Shown: positions 15,759 through 24,823 of the stretch, piece after piece
How positions within the stretch are numbered: the first letter of the stretch is position 1
How the letters are laid out: every line of letters starts with the position of its first letter
Position numbers and translations under genes: made by a program
Source: an uncultured Erysipelotrichaceae bacterium
Lineage (GTDB): Bacteria > Bacillota_I > Bacilli_A > Erysipelotrichales > Erysipelotrichaceae
DNA: 32,000 bases
Direction: 5' to 3'
Assembly: GCA_942492995.1 (NCBI GenBank)
Contig: OW818653.1
Location: 1,800,001-1,832,000, forward strand
The notes under the pieces: generated by a model
The model's input: the letters and a program-made list of their open reading frames with translations, nothing else
The model's database searches: none
What the model was told of the DNA's origin: nothing

Positions 15759-16577
15759 ATGATCATCCAACTGAGTCTAAACCTCCAAAAACCAGAATGT
15801 TACGCAAAAACCGAAGAAAAGTTCTGGAATGATCCTCACATCTCAAAAGGTATGTTAGATGCACATCTAAATCCAGGGACGGATGCGGCAAGTCGTAAAC
15901 CAGAATTCATTGATCAATCCGTTGAATGGATTAGTTCTTTACTGACGCATAATGAAACATTATTGGATATTGGATGTGGACCGGGTTTATACACAAAACG
16001 ATTCGGTAAAAAAGGAATCGATGTGACCGGATTAGATTTCTCTATGCGATCAATAAACTTTGCGAAAATACATGACACAAAAGGGAAGTATATTTTAAAA
16101 GACTACTTACAAATGGAATTCAATGAACAGTTTGATGTGATTACACTTATATGGTGCGACTATGGCGCATTAATTCCATCTGATCGAATTAATCTATTAC
16201 AACGCGTCCATCGTGCATTAAAACCAAATGGATTGTTTATCTTAGATGTATTTACGCCTAACCATAATAAGGACTATAAAGAAAGTAAGACATGGGAATT
16301 CTACCCGAAAGGTGGATTCTGGAATCCTAATCCTCATCTATGTTTAGATGCTCAATATAAGTACAGTGATACGATAACCTGTAATCATGTCGTAATCCTA
16401 GAAAATGAATCAACCCATGCGTATTCGATTTGGAATACATGTTTTACACCCGATACGCTCTTAAATGAAATACAAGCTTTCGGATTTAGTTCTGAAGGTA
16501 TATACAGTGATGTTAAAGGTCAAGCTTATACAGATGACTCCGATACATTATGTATGGTATTAAGAAAGAATAACTAG
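15759..16577 (+). CDS. Class I SAM-dependent methyltransferase
   Basis: Motif I LLDIGCGPGLYT, motif post-I DVTGLDFS, and the N-terminal FWNDPHISKGMLDAHLNPGTDAASR typical of this subfamily. Confidence 0.8.
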   Translation: MIIQLSLNLQKPECYAKTEEKFWNDPHISKGMLDAHLNPGTDAASRKPEFIDQSVEWISSLLTHNETLLDIGCGPGLYTKRFGKKGIDVTGLDFSMRSINFAKIHDTKGKYILKDYLQMEFNEQFDVITLIWCDYGALIPSDRINLLQRVHRALKPNGLFILDVFTPNHNKDYKESKTWEFYPKGGFWNPNPHLCLDAQYKYSDTITCNHVVILENESTHAYSIWNTCFTPDTLLNEIQAFGFSSEGIYSDVKGQAYTDDSDTLCMVLRKNN

Positions 16578-16586
16578 AGAACAAAC

Positions 16587-17069
16587 ATGTCACCAACAGG
16601 TCATCTTGCGATTGGTTTTGCGGTAAAACGATGGGATTCTAAAATACCATTAATTTGGTATTTAATTGGTGCGAATTTTATTGATATCGTGTATATGTTA
16701 CTTACTGTACTTGGGATTGAAAGTTTCGGGAATAATCCTTGGACACATAGTTTACTCATGGCAGTTGTATACGCTAATTTAGGTGGATTACTTACCTACA
16801 TTATTAGTAGACAAAGAAACAGTGCTATCTTAATGGGAATTGTCATATTTAGTCATTGGTTATTAGACTTTATTGTTTGGGATAATCTACCCATCGCATT
16901 TAATAAAACACCTTTATTAGGATTAGGTTTATACAACATCATTGGATTTAACATCAATGCGATACAATTCAATTCAGGATTAATTCTTGCGACAAGTATA
17001 GAACTCGTATTACTCATAATTGGCGTATTCCTTTATCTAAAATCAAAGAAAATAAAAAAAGTTTTATAA
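16587..17069 (+). CDS. Integral membrane protein, YdjM/DUF457-like putative metal-dependent hydrolase
   Basis: 4-5 TM helices with conserved His/Asp positions (TGHLAIG, WTHSLL, SHWLLD). Confidence 0.5.
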   Translation: MSPTGHLAIGFAVKRWDSKIPLIWYLIGANFIDIVYMLLTVLGIESFGNNPWTHSLLMAVVYANLGGLLTYIISRQRNSAILMGIVIFSHWLLDFIVWDNLPIAFNKTPLLGLGLYNIIGFNINAIQFNSGLILATSIELVLLIIGVFLYLKSKKIKKVL

Positions 17070-17145
17070 AAGTGTCACGTTTTGCGATGTTCAACCGTTA
17101 TTAAGTATAGAGCTCTACATTGTAGAGTTTTTATATGGAGGAAAC

Positions 17146-17445
17146 ATGACCCTAAAACAGGTATACGATCGCTTTATGGATAGTAGTGAATACGGACATA
17201 CTCGCATAGAGGCATACAAAATGACATTGGCATTATATGTTAAACTCTTAAATTCTGATTTGAAAAAGAGTGTGTATCAAGGAGGGTTACGTTTGACATT
17301 ACATTACAGTAATCCTTGCCAAGTCATGATTCATGGATATCCAATCTTTATATCAAAAGACTTTAGTGAAGAGTATGATTTCGAAGAAATACGTTATATC
17401 ACGATCGAAGAAGAATTTAATAAACCAGAAAAGAATCGGGCATGA
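17146..17445 (+). CDS. Hypothetical protein (99 aa)
   Basis: Strong GGAGG SD 5 nt upstream of the ATG and a small hairpin terminator upstream (17113-17132). I recognise no motif. Confidence 0.5.
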   Translation: MTLKQVYDRFMDSSEYGHTRIEAYKMTLALYVKLLNSDLKKSVYQGGLRLTLHYSNPCQVMIHGYPIFISKDFSEEYDFEEIRYITIEEEFNKPEKNRA

Positions 17446-17490
17446 TAAGGAAATAAATTTTTGATATAATGGAAAAAGTTGGGGTGGAAT

Positions 17491-18804
17491 ATGAAAGTTA
17501 AGAAATGTAATAAATGTAATTTAATCAATCGCGAAAGTGATAAATTTTGTGTGTTCTGTGGTAATCCATTAGAAGATGATGCGATTGAACAAGAACCAAT
17601 AAACTATATACGTTCAAATGAAGAACCTAAAGATCCAATGAATCCAATGAAAACATTTTGGAGAGTAATTAAAATACTGATTACCGCATTCTTTCTCTTT
17701 GCGACAATCTATACACAAGAAAATTTATTCCTCTTTGGTGTAATTATTCCAGGCATCTCTCTATTAGATGAACTTATTAACCTTAAATATCCAGAAGATA
17801 AACGCAATATTAGCTTCTTACATCCAAGTCGAAAATTTAAACTTTATGGTTTAACCTTAATCTTCTTAAATGCTTTATCAGTAGGAAACATAACGAATCT
17901 ATTTGTTAATGAACCAGCTGAAGAACCAGTTATAGAAGTAGCCTATGAATTCGAAATTGAACCAGGTTATGAATATCTCGAACCAATCAGTTTAGAAGAT
18001 ATACAAGAAAAAGTTAATTATAAACTAAGTGATTGGACGAGTGATTTTGAATACTTAACCCTTGAAGAAGTAAATGGACAATATACCGTAGACTTCGATA
18101 TTACCAACATAAACAACATGGATGACGCAATTGATCTAACAAAGAAGATTATCCAACACATCTATAAAGACAATACACTCTATCCATACATAAAAGACTT
18201 TAGAACACATTTCTACTATGAAGGTGAATATCTATACTCAACTCGTTTATACAATCTATTCCTAAAGGATGTGATGGATATCGACAAAGATTCCACAATC
18301 TATGATCGCAGAAGTGATACAAGTGTTCGCTTGTGGACAATCATAAATGATGAATACGAATTTCCACCAACAGATGAAATAACCGATGAGATTTATCAAT
18401 CTGAACAAGTATACTTAGATGCTTACTCTGAATGGTATGGGGATTTAGATGTCATCATGAATGACTTATACGATACGTTTATTGCGTTAAGTGATAACTA
18501 TATCGATAATGGGATTGAACCTACGATCAAAGAAATACGCGATATGGATTACTTAAACCAAAGACTTCAAAGTAAATGCGATAGTTTTGATGAAATTACA
18601 CCTGCCATAACCTATGATGTTTTCCATCATTATTTCTCACGAGGATGTCACTTCTATATAAAGGCATATACAATCGCATTAGATGGCTTTAGAAATAAAA
18701 GTGTAGATCGAGTCGATTATGCGTACATTGACCTTGATTTAGCGTATTACTATTTCGATCAAATATTCGAAGATGAAGAAGTAGTCGATACGAGTATAGC
18801 TTAG
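17491..18804 (+). CDS. Hypothetical membrane protein with an N-terminal zinc-ribbon and an acidic, Tyr-rich C-terminal domain
   Basis: CNKCNLINRESDKFCVFCGNPL (CxxC...CxxC), then 3-4 TM helices, then about 300 aa rich in D, E and Y. I place the start at the ATG at 17491 (GGGGTGG SD-like) rather than the TTG at 17479. Confidence 0.6.
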   Translation: MKVKKCNKCNLINRESDKFCVFCGNPLEDDAIEQEPINYIRSNEEPKDPMNPMKTFWRVIKILITAFFLFATIYTQENLFLFGVIIPGISLLDELINLKYPEDKRNISFLHPSRKFKLYGLTLIFLNALSVGNITNLFVNEPAEEPVIEVAYEFEIEPGYEYLEPISLEDIQEKVNYKLSDWTSDFEYLTLEEVNGQYTVDFDITNINNMDDAIDLTKKIIQHIYKDNTLYPYIKDFRTHFYYEGEYLYSTRLYNLFLKDVMDIDKDSTIYDRRSDTSVRLWTIINDEYEFPPTDEITDEIYQSEQVYLDAYSEWYGDLDVIMNDLYDTFIALSDNYIDNGIEPTIKEIRDMDYLNQRLQSKCDSFDEITPAITYDVFHHYFSRGCHFYIKAYTIALDGFRNKSVDRVDYAYIDLDLAYYYFDQIFEDEEVVDTSIA

Positions 18805-18851
18805 ATAGTACTAATTCAGAATGAATTAAATAATATAAAACATAGTTAAAA

Positions 18852-18876
18852 AAAGAAGGATTCGCATCCTTCTTTA
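18852..18876. terminator. Bidirectional terminator between 17491-18804 (+) and murQ (-)
   Basis: 10-bp stem aaagaaggat / atccttcttt with loop tcgc, flanked by A-runs and T-runs. The right arm overlaps the murQ stop codon. Confidence 0.7.
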
Positions 18877-19770
18877 CTTTATTGCTTCTCTCACGAAATT
18901 ATGAGCTTCATTTAATCGAATAACCGCAGCTTCATACGTACAATTCTTCATGATCATCACAATCGCACATTTTGGTTTAAGATGAGCTTCTTGAAGTTTC
19001 TTTTCACCAAGTACTTCATCACAACCTGTCGCATCCATAATAATCTTAACAGCACGTTTTACAAGTTTCTCATTGGTAGGACTCACATCAACCATAAGAT
19101 TACCGTATACTTTTCCATAACGAACCATTGAAGCTGTAGACAACATATTCAACACCATCTTTTGTGCAGAACCTGATTTTAAACGGGTAGAACCAGTTAA
19201 TACTTCAGGTCCAACTTCCACATCAATGCCTACTTCAGTAATCTGTGACATCTTCGAATTTGGATTACAGGTAATTGATATCGTATGACATCCCAATGAT
19301 TTCGCATATTCAAGTCCACCAATACAATAAGGTGTACGGCCACTCGCTGCTAATCCAATTGCGACATCCTTACTGCTAAGATTCAAATTCTTTAAGTCTT
19401 CTTCACATAAGGTTAGAGAATCTTCTGCACCTTCAATTGGAACTCTGAGTGCTTTATCGCCACCCGCAATAATCCCAATAAACTCATCTTTACTTGAGAA
19501 TGTTGGAGGACACTCTGACGCATCTAATACACCTAATCTACCACTTGTCCCAGCTCCGAAGTAAATCACTCTACCACCAACATTTAATTGGTTAACGATA
19601 ATATCCACAGCTTTAGAAATGTTTGGTAATTGAGCATTTATAGCTTGAGCTACTTTATGATCTTCTTCATTCATAATTTCAATAATCTCTAAACTGGTTA
19701 ACGTATCTAATTTATCCGACTTAGGATTACGTGATTCAGTTGTTAAATGACTTATTTTTTCTTCAATCAT
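18874..19770 (-). CDS. murQ: N-acetylmuramic acid 6-phosphate etherase
   Basis: TESRNPKSDKLDTLTSLEII..., GAGTSGRLGVLDASECPPTF, GLAASGRTPY, TGSTRLKSGSAQKMVLNMLST and GNLMVDVSPTNEKL align closely with MurQ as I remember it. Confidence 0.93.
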   Translation of the reverse strand: MIEEKISHLTTESRNPKSDKLDTLTSLEIIEIMNEEDHKVAQAINAQLPNISKAVDIIVNQLNVGGRVIYFGAGTSGRLGVLDASECPPTFSSKDEFIGIIAGGDKALRVPIEGAEDSLTLCEEDLKNLNLSSKDVAIGLAASGRTPYCIGGLEYAKSLGCHTISITCNPNSKMSQITEVGIDVEVGPEVLTGSTRLKSGSAQKMVLNMLSTASMVRYGKVYGNLMVDVSPTNEKLVKRAVKIIMDATGCDEVLGEKKLQEAHLKPKCAIVMIMKNCTYEAAVIRLNEAHNFVREAIK

Positions 19771-20821
19771 GTTTAATCTCCTTTAAAACAAACCCCATTC
19801 CACGATCTATATAAGGTAGATACTGAATGGAATGATCTGCTAATCTGCCAATCACATTAATCTTAGGGTTAAGTGGCATCGCCATTCGAGCTATTTCTAG
19901 TTCACCCGAATAACGAAGATACAACTTATTCGACAGTAGGATGTCACCCTTGTTAATCTCTTGCGCATCACTCGGTTCGATTATTTGACCCGGTGTCGCA
20001 TACATTCTTGATTCCTGTGATCGTAAGACATAATCACTACTATCAGGACGATCATGATGAACTTGGTCATATAAATAAGTATACGATTCATCAAGCGTCG
20101 CTTCTAATTCGACATAGTTTTTAGCTAAATTGGATAGCTGATGTAAGGTAGTATCACACACATCCACATCCCCTACAAACACATCATCCACATCGCAATA
20201 GTAATTTAATTCTAACGCCGATTCTAATACATCTTGATCACGCTGACTTTCAATCGTTGGTAATCCCGCAAAGATCGGACCACGTTTCTCTTTATCCCCA
20301 GGCACAAACATTTGAACACGCATCCCATTATCCTTTAAGAAGCGATTCATCTTCTGTGCACGTCCCATAGAGATCGCACTATATGGTTTAGGATAGAAAT
20401 TATGACATGCCGCAAACTTCGATAAATCCGCATTTAAGCGTTTAAGCGCAAAGATATCATCAAACGAAATCGTAGACGCATTTAGAATAATCGTAAAATC
20501 TTTTGATAACTCAACCATCTCTTCAAAGCTAAATCCATAATCCATTCTTAAATGACGAATCGGTGTATCTTTTAATTGATGAATGGAAGTATACCCTAAT
20601 TTCTCAATCGTACGAGGTCCAATATCGGCCATAAGTTCAATGTTAAATTTCTTACATTGTTCAAATAGGACTAGAATATCCTCCACATAATTCGCATTAC
20701 TCTCTTCTGGAATATGTAATGAAGTAAATGCTTTAGTAAAACCAGCATCAGAAAAACTTTGAATCAATGCACAATTCTTTTCTAATCCACTGCTAAAATA
20801 AAGTGAGAATCCAAGATTCAT
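19763..20821 (-). CDS. mupG: DUF871/MupG-family 6-phospho-N-acetylmuramidase
   Basis: The N-terminus MNLGFSLYFSS...AGFTKAFTSLHIPEE is typical of the DUF871 TIM-barrel family. It overlaps the murQ start by 8 nt. Confidence 0.75.
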   Translation of the reverse strand: MNLGFSLYFSSGLEKNCALIQSFSDAGFTKAFTSLHIPEESNANYVEDILVLFEQCKKFNIELMADIGPRTIEKLGYTSIHQLKDTPIRHLRMDYGFSFEEMVELSKDFTIILNASTISFDDIFALKRLNADLSKFAACHNFYPKPYSAISMGRAQKMNRFLKDNGMRVQMFVPGDKEKRGPIFAGLPTIESQRDQDVLESALELNYYCDVDDVFVGDVDVCDTTLHQLSNLAKNYVELEATLDESYTYLYDQVHHDRPDSSDYVLRSQESRMYATPGQIIEPSDAQEINKGDILLSNKLYLRYSGELEIARMAMPLNPKINVIGRLADHSIQYLPYIDRGMGFVLKEIKHD

Positions 20822-20839
20822 AAAAACCTCCTATAAGAC

Positions 20840-20862
20840 AAGGGTGGAATAAATCCACCCTT
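20840..20862 (-). other. Intercistronic stem-loop between the EIIBC gene and mupG
   Basis: 9-bp stem aagggtgga / tccaccctt with loop ataaa, just upstream of the mupG SD (TAGGAGGT on the minus strand). There is no clear U-run, so an RNA stability or processing element is more likely than a terminator. Confidence 0.4.
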
Positions 20863-20871
20863 TATCGATTA

Positions 20872-22290
20872 TTACTCTCCGTAAACTTCATTTACACGTG
20901 CTTCATCATAACCAAAGAAGTAGGTCACAACGAATCCACCTGCATAAGCACCTAACATCGCAATTAAGAAGAATAATTGAGTACCAGGCACGACAATCAA
21001 TAATCCAAACAATCCACTAACCCCTTGCGTAACTGTACCAAGATGGAACAAGGACGCTAAGATACCACCAACACCAGCACCTAAACATGCAGTAATGAAT
21101 GGACGACCTAGAGGAAGTGTAACTGCATACATCATCGGTTCTCCAATTCCAAGTATACCAATAGGAAGTGAGTCACGAGTTAATTGTTTTAACTTTTTGT
21201 TTTTAGTTTTCAAATAAAGAGCGAAACCAGCCCCAACTTGTCCACCACCAGCCATCATAAGAATCGGCAATAAGTAGTTAACTCCAAGAGTAGGACCTTC
21301 AGGATTATTTAACAATACATGAATAGGCGTTAATGCTTGGTGTAAACCAATGGATACCAATGGTAAGAAACCAGCTGATAACACATAAGCCCCAAACACA
21401 CCTAATTGATTATACGCAAAGTCTAAACCATTGAAGATTGCACTTGTTAACATTGCGCCAAATGGTTGAATGATCAACACGGCAATAAATCCACCAACAA
21501 GAACGGTAATTAATGGAGTAAAGAATGTAGTGATTAAGTCAGGCATAAACTTCCTAACTTGTTTTTCAATTATCGCAAAGAACATACCAGCGAATAAAGC
21601 AGCTAATAAACCACCACTTGCAGGATTATACGGTAAGTTGGTAATCGGCATAAGAATCGGCGCATCCGCAATCTTCATAAGAAGTGGCATACTTGCATGT
21701 GACACAGATAATGCCCCAGCAATTGCTCCAAGAACCGGTGTACCACCAAATTCTTTTGATGCGTTCATCCCAACATAAATCGGTAAGAAGGTAAACACTG
21801 CGAAACCTAATGTACGAATAAGTTGGTACCACCAGAAGGCATTATAAGCTCCACCCGTTGATACGTTAATAACGTTTGTTAAACCATTGATTAAACCAGC
21901 TGCGATAATCCCTGGAATTAATGGAATAAATATCTTCGCAATTTTTTGTAAGAATTCATGAACTGGCGTTGTTTGTTTAGCTTTTAATTGAGCTTTATTT
22001 TCTTTTGCCAATTCTTCCGCACCCATATCGTCAGAACCTAACGCTAATCCAGTCATCTTCGCAAACTCTTCTCCAACCTTGTTTACTTTACCAGGTCCAA
22101 GAATAACTTGTACAGTTTGACCTTCCACAACCCCCAAAACACCTTCAACCTTCTTAATCGCTTCTACATCTACTTTGGATTGATCAACGACACTAATACG
22201 TAAACGAGTCATACATGTAGCGTTTGCCTTGACATTGCCCTTTGAGCCAACTAATGCGACTAATGTCTTCGCGACTTCTCTAACATCCAT
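20872..22290 (-). CDS. murP: PTS EIIBC component, MurNAc (or MurNAc-GlcNAc)-specific by gene context
   Basis: N-terminal EIIB with the phospho-Cys motif NATCMTRLRISV, followed by a roughly 10-TM Glc/Scr-family EIIC. I place the start at the ATG at 22290 (GGAAAGGA SD) rather than 22329. The specificity is inferred only from the adjacent mupG and murQ. Confidence 0.8.
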   Translation of the reverse strand: MDVREVAKTLVALVGSKGNVKANATCMTRLRISVVDQSKVDVEAIKKVEGVLGVVEGQTVQVILGPGKVNKVGEEFAKMTGLALGSDDMGAEELAKENKAQLKAKQTTPVHEFLQKIAKIFIPLIPGIIAAGLINGLTNVINVSTGGAYNAFWWYQLIRTLGFAVFTFLPIYVGMNASKEFGGTPVLGAIAGALSVSHASMPLLMKIADAPILMPITNLPYNPASGGLLAALFAGMFFAIIEKQVRKFMPDLITTFFTPLITVLVGGFIAVLIIQPFGAMLTSAIFNGLDFAYNQLGVFGAYVLSAGFLPLVSIGLHQALTPIHVLLNNPEGPTLGVNYLLPILMMAGGGQVGAGFALYLKTKNKKLKQLTRDSLPIGILGIGEPMMYAVTLPLGRPFITACLGAGVGGILASLFHLGTVTQGVSGLFGLLIVVPGTQLFFLIAMLGAYAGGFVVTYFFGYDEARVNEVYGE

Positions 22291-22311
22291 AAATATGTCC
22301 TTTCCTGGCGT

Positions 22312-22372
22312 AAAAAAAGCCGAGAACAAAAAGTTCCCGGCTCTTGCTTGTGAATTGCACGCCTGTATACCT
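22312..22372 (-). promoter_or_regulatory. RAT-like element overlapping a rho-independent terminator (PRD-antiterminator target)
   Basis: The minus strand reads GGTATACAGGCGTGCAATTCACAAGCAAGAGCCGGGAACTTTTTGTTCTCGGCTTTTTTT. The terminator stem GAGCCGGGAAC/GTTCTCGGCTT is followed by a U7 run. The upstream part ends in CAAGCAAGAGCC, resembling the CAGGCAAAACC 3' end of LicT/SacY RATs, and overlaps the 5' terminator arm. Confidence 0.6.
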
Positions 22373-22374
22373 AC

Positions 22375-22402
22375 ATTATAAGTGTAACTTTTTTCTTGTC
22401 AA
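22375..22402 (-). promoter_or_regulatory. Near-consensus sigma-A promoter upstream of the RAT/terminator
   Basis: On the minus strand, TTGACA (22402-22397), a 16-nt spacer, then TATAAT (22380-22375). It starts 4 nt after the antiterminator stop codon. Confidence 0.6.
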
Positions 22403-22405
22403 CAC

Positions 22406-23233
22406 CTAATTTAATCGACTCACATGCATCATCAAATACGCTAATTCATCCACATTCAAATCACTCTTCGTTTCATCTTCGATTACTTTAACAATTTCAC
22501 TAGCTAATGGTTTGAACTGACTGTACTTATTCAAGATGATTTCAGTCATCTCATTATTCGGTGATTCTTTACGAACCAAACGCAGTACGACAAACTTGAT
22601 ATGCGTAATAAATTGTGCGTATTTAACGGATTCTTTATCCAATGAATAGTCATATTTATCAGATAATAGGTTGGTGACAGTGAAGATAATATTATTCATC
22701 ACATTCACATTTATACTCTTATCCTTTGATGATATTTTCTGTAAATGTAGCGCAATAAACCCAATTTCAGCTTCAGGAATCTCTACACAATACTTTTTAT
22801 TAACTTGATCGATTAAGTGTTGTGCAGATTTAAAACTCTCAGGATACAATGTTTTAGTCTCCATTAAGAATGGATTCTCAATCGATTCATGTTTAATTAC
22901 ACGATCATACATTGTCGCAATATGATCACAAAATGCGACAAGTGCTTCAGGGGTAATTTGATTCTCATCAAACATAAATTCCTGAACCGTCTTAAATACT
23001 AAATCGATAATTTCAGGATTATGCTGGTTAATTAACTGTTCAAACGAACGCGACGAACGTAATAACCCAAATTTCTGTTCATACACAAATCCCGTTGAAA
23101 GTATTTCATCCGGTTTACGATTAAACGCAATGCCTTTGCCGAGTAGAATAAAAGACTGTTTCGTATCACTCACTAAAAGTGCACTATTGTTTAATATCTT
23201 GATAATTCGAACAGCTTCACTTGTCTTTTCCAT
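22406..23233 (-). CDS. BglG/LicT/SacY-family PRD-containing transcription antiterminator
   Basis: N-terminal CAT RNA-binding domain (IIKILNNSALLVSDTKQSFILLGKGIAFNRKPDE) followed by two PRD-like regions with conserved His (FCDHIATM, FIALHLQ, YAQFITHIKF, YLMMHVSR). Confidence 0.88.
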   Translation of the reverse strand: MEKTSEAVRIIKILNNSALLVSDTKQSFILLGKGIAFNRKPDEILSTGFVYEQKFGLLRSSRSFEQLINQHNPEIIDLVFKTVQEFMFDENQITPEALVAFCDHIATMYDRVIKHESIENPFLMETKTLYPESFKSAQHLIDQVNKKYCVEIPEAEIGFIALHLQKISSKDKSINVNVMNNIIFTVTNLLSDKYDYSLDKESVKYAQFITHIKFVVLRLVRKESPNNEMTEIILNKYSQFKPLASEIVKVIEDETKSDLNVDELAYLMMHVSRLN

Positions 23234-23673
23234 TAAACAAACTCAACTTGTAATTCATCATTCGCTAATACAGTTAATGGTTGAATATCAACTAATTTCT
23301 GACCCGACAAGAAAACAATCGGTGTCGTCATATCATACCCTTCTTTAAGTAATTTCTTTAAATCCATTTTTATAATTAATTCGCCTGGTAATACATGATC
23401 GCCAACTTTTTTTAGAATCGAGAAACTTTTCGATTTACTCTTAACTGTATCAATTCCTAAATGAATCAATACTTCAATTCCATCACTTGTACGTAAACCA
23501 ATCGCATGACCAGTTGGATATAACACTTCTATCGTTGCCTCAACAGGTGAGTAAACTTCATTGGATGTAGGAATGATCGCAAAACCATCACCCATCATTT
23601 TTTGTGCAAACACAGGATCCTTTACTTCGGTTATTGGTATAAGTTTGCCTGTTAGCGGTGAATTAAACTTCAT
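23233..23673 (-). CDS. PTS EIIA component, glucose family
   Basis: DPVFAQKMMGDGFAI...GHAIGLRTSDGIEVLIHLGIDTV with the phospho-His motif. I place the start at the ATG at 23673 (GAGGA SD 7 nt upstream) rather than 23706. Its stop overlaps the antiterminator start. Confidence 0.88.
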   Translation of the reverse strand: MKFNSPLTGKLIPITEVKDPVFAQKMMGDGFAIIPTSNEVYSPVEATIEVLYPTGHAIGLRTSDGIEVLIHLGIDTVKSKSKSFSILKKVGDHVLPGELIIKMDLKKLLKEGYDMTTPIVFLSGQKLVDIQPLTVLANDELQVEFV

Positions 23674-23794
23674 TATTTTATCCTCACTGTACGTAATGTG
23701 TAACATAGGTTATTATTCTACAACCATTCTAATATTTCAATCATAAGTTTTTTAACTTCATTCTAAAACGATTATAATATCATTGAGGTAACTT

Positions 23795-24631
23795 ATGCAA
23801 AAAACAATCCAATTTAGAGATGTATCCATCTATACAGAAAGCTTTGGGAACCCAGAAAATCAAGCAATTTTACTTATCATGGGATCCGCAAGTTCACTCA
23901 TTTGGTGGGACATCGAATTCTGTAATAAGCTTGTAGATAAAGGGTTTTTCGTAATTCGATATGATAATCGTGATACTGGGAAATCATCATCTTATCCAGT
24001 TGGGAAACCAGGGTATTCCTTCGAAGAAATGAGTGATGATGCGATCGAAATATTAGACGCATATCACATCCAAAAAGCGATAATTATGGGCATGTCAATG
24101 GGTGGAATGTTAGCGCAAATGATTGCGATTCGTCATCCAGAACGAGTAAAAACTTTAGTTTTACATGCGTCAATGTACTTTGCGGAAGGGGCAGAAAAGC
24201 TTCCAGTATTTAGCGAAGAAGTACAAAAATTCTTCAATGATTACGGAAATTACATCCCAAACGGATATCGTGATCAGGTTGATTATGCCTTCAAACAATG
24301 GCAAGTAACGCATCAGAGTGAACGTAAATATAACCTCGATGAGATCTATAAAATGGTTGAATTAGATGTCGAAAGAGCCATTGATTATAACAGTAAATTA
24401 AATCATTCATTTGCCCAAGTGACAGGAAATGAACTAACACGAATCGCAGAAATCGCAATCCCAACACTCGTAATTCATGGAACTTTGGACAATGTTATAC
24501 CGTACATTCATGGTGAAATGTTAGTTAAAACAATCCCAAATGCCAGGTTATTAACGATGCATGGGGCAGGACATGAACTACATCCAGATGATTATGATGT
24601 GATTGTAGAAGCTATCACAAAATTAAGTTAA
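23795..24631 (+). CDS. Alpha/beta-fold hydrolase
   Basis: Oxyanion region LLIMGSASS, nucleophile elbow GMSMGG, and a C-terminal GAGHEL catalytic His. Confidence 0.8.
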   Translation: MQKTIQFRDVSIYTESFGNPENQAILLIMGSASSLIWWDIEFCNKLVDKGFFVIRYDNRDTGKSSSYPVGKPGYSFEEMSDDAIEILDAYHIQKAIIMGMSMGGMLAQMIAIRHPERVKTLVLHASMYFAEGAEKLPVFSEEVQKFFNDYGNYIPNGYRDQVDYAFKQWQVTHQSERKYNLDEIYKMVELDVERAIDYNSKLNHSFAQVTGNELTRIAEIAIPTLVIHGTLDNVIPYIHGEMLVKTIPNARLLTMHGAGHELHPDDYDVIVEAITKLS

Positions 24632-24637
24632 AGAATA

Positions 24638-24670
24638 AGTGGAATAATCGAAAAGATTATCCACTTTTTT
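24638..24670 (+). terminator. Rho-independent terminator
   Basis: agtggaataatc / gattatccact stem (one bulge) with loop gaaaa, followed by T6. Confidence 0.75.
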
Positions 24671-24742
24671 GTTAAACTCTATACAAGGAGAATACCTATA
24701 TGAACCTAAAATTCGATAAAAATAAAATTAAAAAGAAAACGC

Positions 24743-24792
24743 TTGCACAAAATAAATGTCATAGTTATAATGATGTTAGGTTGTCCGTACAA
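24743..24792 (+). promoter_or_regulatory. Candidate promoter plus GntR-type operator for the mannose-family PTS operon
   Basis: TTGCAC (24743-24748), a 17-nt spacer, TATAAT (24766-24771), then the inverted repeat TTGTccgtACAA (24781-24792), which fits the loose GT-Nx-AC GntR operator pattern. Confidence 0.45.
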
Positions 24793-24823
24793 GTTAGCAT
24801 AATAGAATGTCAGGAGGTAAATT

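Noticed and set aside
21470-21832. ORFs at 21470-21778 (+) and 21626-21832 (-) inside the PTS EIIBC gene
   Set aside because: One is antisense and one is out of frame within a confidently identified membrane transporter gene. Neither has an SD or a recognisable motif.
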